A stretch of 63,345 bases of DNA, the filler included. It is 7 parts of 7 records of this genome, joined end to end, with 100 filler letters (N's around TTAATTAATTAA, not from the genome) between each part and the next. Parts side by side here need not be neighbours in the genome. Positions count along the whole stretch, not along the records: positions 25,249 to 33,964 come from SRR20825019_1983; positions 34,065 to 42,903 come from SRR20825019_1988; 5 more parts are not named here. The stretch is one strand, 5' to 3'. The position numbers were made by a program, and so were the translations under genes. A model generated the notes under the pieces. It was not told where the DNA came from. It ran no database searches and saw nothing but the letters and a program-made list of their open reading frames with translations. The number at the start of each line of letters is the position of its first letter. Positions within the stretch are counted from its first letter, which is position 1. This document shows, piece after piece, positions 30,244 to 39,630 of this stretch.

Positions 30244-31146
30244 ATGGCAGACGTCGGGAGCAAACCGGGTTCAGCCGGTGTTGCCAGTGGTCAATATGCT
30301 GAGATTGACAGGCGTGAGCGCCTTAGGAAACTAGCGCTTGAAACTGTCGACTTGGGAAAGGTACTCATGATTGTGTTTGTGTCGACCATTCCACTAACAA
30401 AAGTGGCTCAGGACCCGTACTTCATGAAGAATCATCTTGGGACATACGAGTGCAAGCTGTGCTTGACACTTCACGGGAACGAGGCTAACTATTTGGCCCA
30501 TACACAGGGTATATATTTCATTATGATCTTTGTAGTTTAAACTCACCAGTGCCTTGGTTTGTAGGTAAGAGGCATCAGTCCAACTTGGGGAAGCGTGCTG
30601 CCCGGGAGGCTGCCGAGAATCCTGGTGCGGCTGTTCCTGGTCAGGATCCGATGAGGCCAAAGGTTAAATGTTGATGGTGCCTTTTTGCGGCGGCTTCCTA
30701 ACTTGTCCCTACAGCCTCAAATTAGGAAAACTATCAAGATTGGGAGACCGGGTTACAGGGTTACTAAGCAGAGAGATCCGATCTCGCTGCAGCGCAGTTT
30801 GTTGTTTGAGATAGACTATCCGGAGATTGAAGAGGGTCTTCAGCCTCGCCATAGATTTATGTCTACGTTCGAGCAGCGGATAGAACAGATTGATAAGAAC
30901 TGGAACTACTTATTGTTTGCGGCCGAACCATATGAGACAATCGCGTTTAAGATTCCCAATATTGAAATTGACAGGAGCGAAGGCAAGTTTAGCACAAACT
31001 GGGACAAAAAGAAGAGGTGCTTTGCAGTAAGTGATGTTTGTGTTTAGTAGCAATTACGTGGTAACCCCGTTTCAAAGCTGCAACTGGCATTCAAGGAGGA
31101 GAAAAAGGACGAGAAGGTCGAAGATCCGGCTGAGGGCCAACGCTGA
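30244..31146 (+). CDS. SF3A2: Splicing factor 3A subunit 2 (SF3a66/Prp11), 5 exons
   Basis: Introns 30361-30411, 30509-30564, 30663-30714 and 31027-31077. The spliced product has RRERLRKLALETVDLGKDPYFMKNHLGTYECKLCLTLH...HTQGKRHQ, KIGRPGYRVTKQ and LLFAAEPYETIAFKIP. Confidence 0.95.
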
Positions 31147-31281
31147 TAAACCTAACCACGTGTACTGTTAAGCTGAGGGGAGTGCAGAGGGGTTCAGGCG
31201 CGCTAAATGACGAACGGTGATGTACGAGAGGTGCCCGTCACCATGCAGATCAATTGAGGGATCGCGGTCACTGCTGCTCTA

Positions 31282-31910
31282 TCACATGCTTGCTGCGGGT
31301 CCCCTATATACTCCCGAGGGCACCCCCTGTGGGTTCAGCGGTGTCGTTTGGTTGAACTCACCAGTCTAAGTTGAGAGACTTAGTGCATGCCAGTGGGTAA
31401 CGCCCGCTAACACCGTACCTGTTGCAACTGGTTGTACTCATCATTCGCCGTCTCGACATACTACTTATCATCAGGTTCAACATCACGATAGCAAGCAACA
31501 CTTACACACCTTGTCCATCAAGAAGCAGTCGATCACGTCACCAACGCAGCACAAACCCTTGGTGAATAGATACAGCAAACCTTCGCACAGAAGTCAACGC
31601 CCACCATAGTGCCCACAGACACCACGAGTACCTTGCATGTATCGATTCATATACAAGTGGTGCAGGCCACCTGAAACCTCCGTGAGCCCTCCAAAGCATA
31701 GCAAGCACAATACGCACTTATTCCACAACAACACAACGCCCATAGAAAGTATGTCCGGCCCAGTCGGTAGTGGACTTCAGGTTGTTTTTCTCTATATTCT
31801 TCCACGGTCCCGTATCCCTGATTCCCTGTATGAGTTCCTACAACGGTGAAACAATGGCACACTCAGCCCACCGATACGTGGCTATTCTCAAGGTCTCCCT
31901 GTTGGTCCAT
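31282..31910 (-). CDS. TM2 domain-containing protein, ~6 exons (5' exon uncertain)
   Basis: Introns 31818-31871 (tentative), 31671-31717, 31581-31631, 31461-31509 and 31366-31418. The spliced YFLWALCCCGISGLHHLYMNRYMQGLLYLFTKGLCCVGDVIDCFLMDKYV matches the TM2 consensus (GxHxxYL...GLLYLxTxG...IDxFL). Confidence 0.82.
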
Positions 31911-32796
31911 GTATCTTGTAACTTATTGAAGAAATCTTTTCCACAACTGCACATATTCTTCCCGTAACATACTTGATACTAGTGAGGGCTCGGGCCAGGT
32001 CACAACAGCGGCCTAGCCAGTACGCCCGGATAATACATCCTGCCCAGAACGGAACGGGAAGATCCTCTGACGACGACGGCCACTATCGGGGAAGTGGCGG
32101 ACGAGTCATCGCCGTCCGGGCGGTGCCGGCCCGCCCTCCCTTCCGGCTCACCCTGAGCCCACCGCCGGTGGCGGACGGCCCGGGACGTGACGCCGCCGCC
32201 CGGCGCGGGCCGGGGCGCCGGGGCCGCCGCCGGGGCCGGGGGCCGCCGGCGGTCAGCCGGGGTCTGGTTGCATACACGAATATCAAATTGAAATGAAGCC
32301 ACAACCGTACACTGAGCTCCACACCCCGCATTGTGTAGGGCGCATGACAAAGGTTGCTGAGCCCCGCCAGCGCAGCCAGCCGTACCGACGATCGAGCTCG
32401 AGCGGTCCGGTGCCGGATTCGGGCGCGATAGTTTCAATTTGGATTGAAAGCCAAGGAGGCGCGCGGCGGTACCGTACGGTAGCGAGTCCTCCGCCGGTCA
32501 CTCAGATTCTTAGGGACTGGTGGACCCACACAGCAGACTGCCGGGATGACTCTGCAGAGCGCCAGTCACTCTGAGCCCCCGGACTCAATGGACCCTGCGG
32601 GATGATGATGACGAGTCGTGGGCCAGCGACAACCCGCAGCAGTAACAGACCCGACGACGAGAGGCACACCTGACCACCGATCGGCTTTTGCTCGTCACTC
32701 TAAGCACTCCACCCACCTATCGGACACCAGTGTAATAACGACTATGAATAGCAGGACTGTGTGCATTTATTGTCCAGTAGTTGATATTGGACCACC
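31911..32796. promoter_or_regulatory. Divergent intergenic region with a GC-extreme block and TGAC/GTC-type motifs
   Basis: 32111-32260 is ~89% GC; motifs at 32103, 32154, 32358, 32547, 32572 and 32581. Confidence 0.6.
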
Positions 32797-33363
32797 ATGT
32801 TTACCCCAACGAAACGCATCAACCCATTTGGAGACGAGGAACACCGGGCTCCTCAAAGGCCTAACACCAACATTTTCTCACCCTTTGGTAAGTCAAGCCT
32901 TTTGCGCTATGTATTTTTTCTGAGTCCTCTTCCCCGTAGACGCACAGTACACCCTGATGCAGAATCGCCAACCGACAGCACATGCGCGGACTCCGTCCCG
33001 CACCCAAGACGTCGATATGGAGTGTGAAGAGGAGTGCGTGGGTACGTATCTCAGTGCTTTTCCTCGAGACAATTTGCTAACTTCTGGGCGCGTGCAGTCT
33101 GCAAGACAGTCAGCTCGTGTGCCCCATGCTCTCACTGCGAGGAGCCGTCCTGCGACCTGTGCCTGCGCCAGTGCGAGAAGTGCCAGGACTCATTCTGCAC
33201 CTTCTGCTCTACAGTCAACTATGACAAGCGCACCGACCGGTATTTTTGCTTGTTGTGCAATGGGGAGGAGTCCAAGGGAACCAAAATCAAGAACATGGGC
33301 TCATCCATGGGCGACGTTCGGCAGACCATGTTCACACCATACCACGCGACCATGACCTGCTAA
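32797..33363 (+). CDS. Siva-like cysteine-rich zinc-finger protein, 3 exons
   Basis: Introns 32888-32939 and 33042-33097. The spliced CVVC-x8-CSHC-x4-CDLC-x3-CEKC-x4-CTFC-x13-CLLC follows the Cys spacing of the SIVA1 C-terminus. Confidence 0.75.
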
Positions 33364-33549
33364 TCTCTGCCTTCATCTGCGCACTTCTTATTGCTAGGTA
33401 TGTGTTGGCCATTCGCTTGTAGAGATGCCTTGGGCCCCTTCTGGCCGAGTCATGGGTGGGCGCAAAGACGCATTTGCACGACTACATCCTTAATGACATA
33501 AACAGATTTATTCGTTGATAACAGCCGGAGAACAAGTGCCGCACTTCTA

Positions 33550-33964
33550 TTACATATTGTTCGCCAGAACGCCTGGGAGGCACTGAAGGAGCATGGGCTC
33601 CTTGGATTCGGCAGGACGACCCTGCACCCGCTGACCCTTGCGATATCCCCTCCGTCTGAACCGCGGGAACATGGCATACTTAGCCTTACGAACCAAGCCC
33701 GGCGCAAACTCGAGCTTCGCGTCGTTGTGCTCCAGCATGAGTGCCACATCCCGCGGGCGCTGACCCTCGACGTTGCGGATGAAAGTGCGTGCCTTGTTCC
33801 GCTTGTCAGACTTGTCGTCGACTTTGTATTCAGGATCCAGCCCTTCCTCCTTCTCCAACTTGGCGAGCTCGGCTTGCTCCCTCTTTTTTCTCTCTTCTTC
33901 TTCCTTTTCCTCAGGAGTCTTCGTGTCATCGACTTTCTTGTCATCGACTTTCTTGTCATCGTTC
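33550..33964 (-). CDS. 3' end of a charged hypothetical protein (5' truncated)
   Basis: Open from the contig edge: NDDKKVDDKKVDDTKTPEEKEEE...VLANNM*; converges on the Siva-like gene. Confidence 0.55.
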
Positions 33965-34064
33965 NNNNNNNNNNNNNNNNNNNNNNNNNNNNNNNNNNNN
34001 NNNNNNNNTTAATTAATTAANNNNNNNNNNNNNNNNNNNNNNNNNNNNNNNNNNNNNNNNNNNN
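33965..34064. other. Artificial contig-joining spacer
   Basis: N44-TTAATTAATTAA-N44. Confidence 0.99.
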
Positions 34065-35116
34065 GCACCACCGGGCGGCCCAAGGGCGTGGTCTGTCACC
34101 ACCGCGGCGCGTATCTGATGACCATGGGCACGCCGGTCAGCTGGCAGATGACCCTGCATCCGGTGTTCATGGCCATCGTGCCGCTGTTTCATTGCAACGG
34201 CTGGAACCACACGTGGATGATGCCCCTGCTGGGTGGCACGCTGGTGTCCTGCCGCGACATCACGGCGGGTGCGATCTATGACGCCATCGCCGATGAAAAG
34301 GTCAGCTATTTCGGCGGCGCGCCCATCGTGCTGAACATGATGGTCAACGCAGGCCCCGACGAGCGTCGCGACTTTGACCATCAGGTACAGGTCTTTACCG
34401 CCGGCGCGCCCCCTGCCCCCACGACGCTGAGCAAGATGGAGGCGATCGGGTTCAACGTCACGCAGGTCTATGGCCTCACCGAAACCTATGGCCACGTCAC
34501 CGAATGCCTGTGGCGCGCCGAGGACTGGGACGCGCTGGACCAGGACGCCCGCGCCGCCATCAAGGCGCGGCAGGGCATTGCCATGCCGATGATGGAAGAC
34601 ATCACCGTCATGTCCGAGACCATGGAGCAAGTTCCCCTGAACGGCACCCATCAGGGCGAAATCATGATCCGTGGGAATTCTGTGATGAAGGGATACTTCA
34701 AGAACCCCGAAGCCACGCAAGAGGCCTTTGCAGGAGGCTATTTCCATTCGGGCGATCTGGCCGTGCAGCATCCCGACGGCTATATCCAGATTGCCGACCG
34801 CGCCAAGGACATCATCATTTCAGGCGGCGAGAACATCTCGTCGGTCGAGGTCGAGGGCGTTCTGATGGCGCATCCCGATGTGAATCTGGCCGCCGTGGTC
34901 GCCAAGCCGGACGAGAAATGGGGCGAAGTGCCCTGCGCTTTTGTCGAGCTGAAATCCGGCACCAGCCCCAGCGCCGAGGAGATGATCGCCTTTGCGCGCA
35001 GCAAGCTGGCCGGTTTCAAAACCCCGAAACGCGTGGTCTTTGGCGAATTGCCCAAGACATCGACCGGCAAGATCCAGAAATTCGAACTGCGCAAAAGGGC
35101 GGCCGACCTGGACTGA
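34065..35116 (+). CDS. AMP-binding acyl-CoA synthetase (5' truncated)
   Basis: TTGRPKGV, YGLTETYG, GYFHSGDLA, DRAKDIIISGGENISS and LPKTSTGKIQK motifs. Confidence 0.95.
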
Positions 35117-35120
35117 ACCC

Positions 35121-35165
35121 GCTTCATCTTGCCCTTTAAACTCCGGGGTCCGGGGCTGGCCCCGG
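35121..35165 (+). repeat. REP-like intergenic element
   Basis: CTTCATCTTGCC...AAACTCCGGGG, then hairpin CCGGGGC-TG-GCCCCGG; a related element lies at 42478-42522. Confidence 0.5.
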
Positions 35166-35247
35166 TCCCGCCCCTTTCAGCGCGCTTTGCCCCCGCATTT
35201 CAACGTGCTAGGTTGCCCCAAACACCAAAAGGCCGTCCGAGCAGACC

Positions 35248-36264
35248 ATGACCGCCCTCAAGAAATACGCCCGTCTCGAAGCGACGGGCCTGTGGCGCCA
35301 GACGCCTGAAGATCAGCGCCGCGAGGTCGTTGTGTCCATCGGCGATGCCACGCTGATCATCTCCAGCACGAACGATACGGCGCTGACACATTGGTCGCTG
35401 GCGGCCATCGAACGTGCGGGCACAAGCGATGATCCGGCGACATTTCATCCCGACGGTGATCCCGGCGAGACATTGCAGTTGCAGGCCGACGAGGCTCAGA
35501 TGATCGAGGCCATCGAGACCCTGCGCCGCGCCGTCATCAAGTCACGCCCGCGTCCGGGGCGGTTGCGCTGGCTGGGCGCGACGTTATCGACCGCCGCCGT
35601 GGTGGCGCTGTTGATTTTCTGGCTGCCCGGTGCGCTGGTCAATCACGCGATGAAAGTTGTCCCATGGGTCACCCGCACCCAGATCGGCAACGAACTGCTG
35701 GAGCGGATCGAACGGGTCGCGGGTCCGCCCTGCGAAACATCCGACACCCTGCGCCCGCTGGCGCAACTGGCGGCACGAACCGGGGCCACGGGCGGGATCG
35801 CTGTCCTGCGCGGCGGCGTGCGCACCAGCCTGGCCTTGCCGGGTGGCAAGGTGCTGTTGAACCGCGCGTTGGTCGAAGACTTCGAAGAGCCGGATGTTGT
35901 GGCGGGTTATATCCTGGCAGAAGAGGTGCGCCGTGCCAACCAGTCAGGCATGCGCGACCTGCTGTCGACCGCAGGGCTGCGCGCCAGCATCACCTTGCTG
36001 ACCACTGGCGACCTGCCCGCGCGGGTTCTGGACCGCTATGCCGAGACCGTCGTTGCGGCGGCGCGTCCCAAGGTGCCGGAACAGGACTTGCTGGCCGCCT
36101 TTGCCGCAGCCCAGGTGCGCAGCACGCCCTATGCCTATGCACAGGACATTTCGGGCGAAAGCACTCTGGCCCTGATCGAGGGCGACCCGATGGCGGGGCA
36201 AACCCCTGCTCCGATCATGAAAGATGCCGATTGGCTGCGGCTTCAGGCGATCTGCGGCGGCTGA
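35248..36264 (+). CDS. Membrane protein with a degenerate M48 peptidase-like domain
   Basis: N-terminal soluble domain, one TM helix, then LALPGGKVLLNRALVEDFEEPDVVAGYILAEEVR, where the HExxH motif is missing. Confidence 0.75.
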   Translation: MTALKKYARLEATGLWRQTPEDQRREVVVSIGDATLIISSTNDTALTHWSLAAIERAGTSDDPATFHPDGDPGETLQLQADEAQMIEAIETLRRAVIKSRPRPGRLRWLGATLSTAAVVALLIFWLPGALVNHAMKVVPWVTRTQIGNELLERIERVAGPPCETSDTLRPLAQLAARTGATGGIAVLRGGVRTSLALPGGKVLLNRALVEDFEEPDVVAGYILAEEVRRANQSGMRDLLSTAGLRASITLLTTGDLPARVLDRYAETVVAAARPKVPEQDLLAAFAAAQVRSTPYAYAQDISGESTLALIEGDPMAGQTPAPIMKDADWLRLQAICGG

Positions 36265-36289
36265 GGATTCCCCAACCGCCGCGATCCTG

Positions 36290-37654
36290 TTAGCGCAATA
36301 CTGCACCCGAGAAGCCCGCGCCGCGCATTTTCGCAAGCGCGCTTTTTTGCGCGGCGGGTGTGTTGAACGGTCCCACCAGAACCATACGCATTTGCTGGCC
36401 ACTGCGGTTGAACGTGCCGATCCGCGCGGGCAGTCCCATGCGCATGGCGCGTTGTGCGGCCTGCTGGGCGCTGTCGGCTCCGGTGTAGGTGCCAAGGTGC
36501 ACATACCCCTTGCCGCTGATGCGCTCGCCCTTGGGCTGCTGCGCTTTGGGCGCGGCGCGCACGGGTGCCGCAACGGGCGCCGCTTGCGCAGGCGCCGAGC
36601 GGCTGGAAACCGTAGGCGCACGATAGGTCGCGCCCGGATTGCGCTGGATGCGTTTGACCAGCACGTCCTGACGCCGTTCCAGCGTCACTGTGCCCAGTTC
36701 GCGCTGTTGCGTGGCGATGTCGGTGTAGGGGTAAACCAGAGGCATCCTGGCGGTCACGTCGGCACCGTTGGTCTGGTTGATCAGCCGGCGCGGCACTTTC
36801 GAGGTCCAGATCAGCTGCATTGCAACATGACCATTCAGCGTCTGTTCAGCCCGATATGGGTTCAGGCGGTCGTCTTTCCATGCCGGGCGGTATCCCTCGG
36901 GGACCACAATGTTGTTCGTGTTCAGACGGTCAATGTAGACATGTTTTGGCACAACACGCGTTTGACCGGTGATGGTCGAACCCTGCACCCTGCCCGTTAC
37001 GGCGACGGGGCCATTGTTGCCAATGATCGGCTCGGCTTGCGGACCACAGCGCACAGGACCGCGCACGCCCGAATTGATATAGCGCGAGCTGATCGGCGAT
37101 GCGCCCTGGCACGCTGGTTGGTGTGGTGTCACGGTAGCAACGCGCGGTGCGGGCGCGGCCGGTTTCGGCGCGGGTGCGGATTTGTAGACGGTTCTTGGCG
37201 CAGCAGCACTGGGCGCAGGTCTGGGCGTGCTGACAACAACCCGTTTGGGTGCCGGCGCGGCAACAGGTGCGCGGCGTACAACGGCCTGAGGGGCAGGCTT
37301 CGGCGCCGGGGCAGCGGCCGCTGTGCGCGGCGCGGGTGTCGGATCCAGAGTGATCTGTTGCGGTGCCCGCTGAGCCGAAGGCGCGCCCGCTGCGGTCTGC
37401 ACGCCTTGTGTCGGTGTCTGGCCACAGATGACCTTGCGCGACCGGTTGACGCGCGGCACCCATGTCACGTTGCCGTCGATGCCTGCGCGGATGAACACAC
37501 AGCCCTTGCTGTCGACGTATTGCAAGCCCTTGTAGCTGGCGGATGGAAATTCAGCGGGCGTAATTTCGCCACGCGACAGGTTTTGCGCATTGGCAATGCC
37601 GACATTTGCCGACACCGCGAATACAGCAATAGAAATTGCTTTGGTAACTTTCAT
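36290..37654 (-). CDS. SPOR domain-containing exported protein
   Basis: Signal peptide, QYVDSKGCVFIRAG, Pro/Ala linkers, C-terminal SPOR (YVHLGTY...VLVGPF...AGFSGA). Confidence 0.85.
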   Translation of the reverse strand: MKVTKAISIAVFAVSANVGIANAQNLSRGEITPAEFPSASYKGLQYVDSKGCVFIRAGIDGNVTWVPRVNRSRKVICGQTPTQGVQTAAGAPSAQRAPQQITLDPTPAPRTAAAAPAPKPAPQAVVRRAPVAAPAPKRVVVSTPRPAPSAAAPRTVYKSAPAPKPAAPAPRVATVTPHQPACQGASPISSRYINSGVRGPVRCGPQAEPIIGNNGPVAVTGRVQGSTITGQTRVVPKHVYIDRLNTNNIVVPEGYRPAWKDDRLNPYRAEQTLNGHVAMQLIWTSKVPRRLINQTNGADVTARMPLVYPYTDIATQQRELGTVTLERRQDVLVKRIQRNPGATYRAPTVSSRSAPAQAAPVAAPVRAAPKAQQPKGERISGKGYVHLGTYTGADSAQQAAQRAMRMGLPARIGTFNRSGQQMRMVLVGPFNTPAAQKSALAKMRGAGFSGAVLR

Positions 37655-37751
37655 CTGCGCCCCCACAGGATTTGGTCGTTACTATATATAGTGTTGACCA
37701 CGATGCCTCAGAACTAGAGCCGAGGCAAGCGCCCAGAGTGGGCGCAGGGGG

Positions 37752-38384
37752 CTATTTCGTGCCGAACATACGGTCGCCAGCATCCCCCAGACCCGGGACG
37801 ATATAGCCACGTTCATTCAGCTTTTCGTCAATCGCGGCAGTGACGATCGGCACGTCCGGGTGTGCGGCCTGCATGGTCGCGATGCCTTCGGGTGCTGCCA
37901 GAAGACACAGAAAACGCAGGTTGGTCGCCCCGGCCTGCTTCAACAGGTCAATCGCCGCCACGGAGGAATTGCCAGTGGCCAGCATCGGATCGACCGCGAT
38001 GACCAGCCGGTCGTCCAGCCCCTCGGGCACTTTGAAGTAGTACTGCACCGGTTTCAGCGTCTCTTCATCGCGGTACAGCCCCACAAATCCGACCCGGGCC
38101 GAAGGGATCAGCTCCAGCACGCCGTCCATCAACCCGTTGCCCGCCCGCAGAATCGAGATCAGTGCCAGCTTCTTGCCATCGAGTGTCGGCGCGTCCATCG
38201 GCTGCATGGGCGTGTCGATCCGCTTGGTCGTCATCGGCAGGCCGCGCGTCACCTCATAGGCCAGCAACTGGCTGATTTCGCGCAGCAATTGGCGAAACAC
38301 AGCCGTCGGCGTGTCGCGGTCGCGCATGATGGTCAGCTTGTGCTGGACAAGGGGGTGGTTGACGACGGTGACATGCTCGCTCAT
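37752..38384 (-). CDS. upp: Uracil phosphoribosyltransferase
   Basis: [22 protein letters not shown] and [12 protein letters not shown] motifs; GGAG precedes the ATG at 38384. Confidence 0.97.
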   Translation of the reverse strand: MSEHVTVVNHPLVQHKLTIMRDRDTPTAVFRQLLREISQLLAYEVTRGLPMTTKRIDTPMQPMDAPTLDGKKLALISILRAGNGLMDGVLELIPSARVGFVGLYRDEETLKPVQYYFKVPEGLDDRLVIAVDPMLATGNSSVAAIDLLKQAGATNLRFLCLLAAPEGIATMQAAHPDVPIVTAAIDEKLNERGYIVPGLGDAGDRMFGTK

Positions 38385-38451
38385 GGCGCTCTCCAAATTT
38401 GCTTGGTCCCTATGTGCCAAGCGCGAAGGCCCGAGACAACCTGTGTCGTGC

Positions 38452-39630
38452 CTATTGTGCCACCCCCAAGTGTTCCAGAACCAGCGCCGCCACATCGGTA
38501 AAGGCGATCTGCCCCAGTGTGCCCGCGCCCTTGCCCGCCACCAGAACCGGCACCCGTTCGCGGGTGTGATCGGTGCCAACCCACGTGGGATCGTTGCCGT
38601 GATCGGCGGTGATCACCAGCATATCATCCGCGCGCAACTGCCCCAGCAGCGCGCCCAGTTCGGTGTCGAACCATTCAAGATGGCGCGCATAGCCGGACAC
38701 GTCGCGGCGGTGTCCATAAAGGCTGTCGAATTCCACAAAGTTGGCGAATGTCAGCGATCCGTCTGCCGCTTCGCGGATCAAATCCCGCAGATGCCCCATC
38801 AGGGTGCGGTCGTCGCCTTTGCGCACCTCGTCAATGCCCTGCATCGAAAAGATGTCGCCGATCTTGCCCACCGCATAGACCGCGCGCCCTGCGTCATGCA
38901 CACGGTTGGTCAGCACCGGCGCGGGGGGCAGAATGGCAAAGTCCTTGCGGTTGCCGGTGCGCTGGAAATTGCCCACATCGCCCACGAAGGGGCGCGCGAT
39001 CACACGGCCCACTTTCATGTCATGCAGCAGCGGTGCCACATCCGCGCAAAGTTGCAGCAAACGGTCGAGGCCAAAATGCTCTTCGTGTGCGGCAATCTGG
39101 AACACGCTGTCGGCGCTGGTGTAGCAGATCGGCCAACCGGTGCGCAGATGCTCTGCCCCCAGATCGGCAATCACCGTGGTGCCCGAGGCATGGCAATTGC
39201 CCAGAATACCCGCCGTGCCCGCCGCCTTGCAGACTGCAGTCACGACATCATCGGGAAATGCAGGGGTTTCATCGGGGAAATAGTGCCACTCCCACGGCAC
39301 CGGAAGCCCTGCGAGTTCCCAATGCCCCGACGGCGTGTCCTTGCCCCGCGACACTTCGGTGGCTGCCCCCCATGTGCCGGTGGGCACAGGGCCATCAACC
39401 ACCTGCCCGCTGGCCAACGTAACCGCAGCGCCCAGTCCCAGCGCCATCATATGCGGCACATGCAATGGCCCCGAGCGGCCCTCTTCCGCCTGTCCGGCTG
39501 CGCAGGCAGCGATGATATGGCCCAAGGTGTTGGCCCCCGTATCGGGCACATCGCCGTTAAAGAAGGTGTCCGCATCCGGCGCGCCGCCAATGCCGACGCT
39601 GTCGATCACCACCAGAAACGCACGTCCCAT
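38452..39630 (-). CDS. deoB: Phosphopentomutase
   Basis: [42 protein letters not shown] and TDHTRE motifs. Confidence 0.97.
   Translation of the reverse strand: MGRAFLVVIDSVGIGGAPDADTFFNGDVPDTGANTLGHIIAACAAGQAEEGRSGPLHVPHMMALGLGAAVTLASGQVVDGPVPTGTWGAATEVSRGKDTPSGHWELAGLPVPWEWHYFPDETPAFPDDVVTAVCKAAGTAGILGNCHASGTTVIADLGAEHLRTGWPICYTSADSVFQIAAHEEHFGLDRLLQLCADVAPLLHDMKVGRVIARPFVGDVGNFQRTGNRKDFAILPPAPVLTNRVHDAGRAVYAVGKIGDIFSMQGIDEVRKGDDRTLMGHLRDLIREAADGSLTFANFVEFDSLYGHRRDVSGYARHLEWFDTELGALLGQLRADDMLVITADHGNDPTWVGTDHTRERVPVLVAGKGAGTLGQIAFTDVAALVLEHLGVAQ

Noticed and set aside
26184-33363. Stop-codon reassignment or non-canonical introns as the cause of the fragmented eukaryotic ORFs
   Set aside because: All genes, including those at 49500-56626, rebuild with canonical GT-AG introns in the standard code, and the in-frame stops fall inside introns.
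36224-37717. 497-aa + strand ORF antisense to the SPOR gene (similarly 38311-39726 and 41476-42465)
   Set aside because: These are shadow ORFs typical of high-GC coding DNA; the opposite strand holds recognisable proteins.
38385-38579. N-terminally extended Upp (275 aa) in the ORF track
   Set aside because: The extension overlaps the deoB 3' end; the RBS and homology point to ATG 38384.
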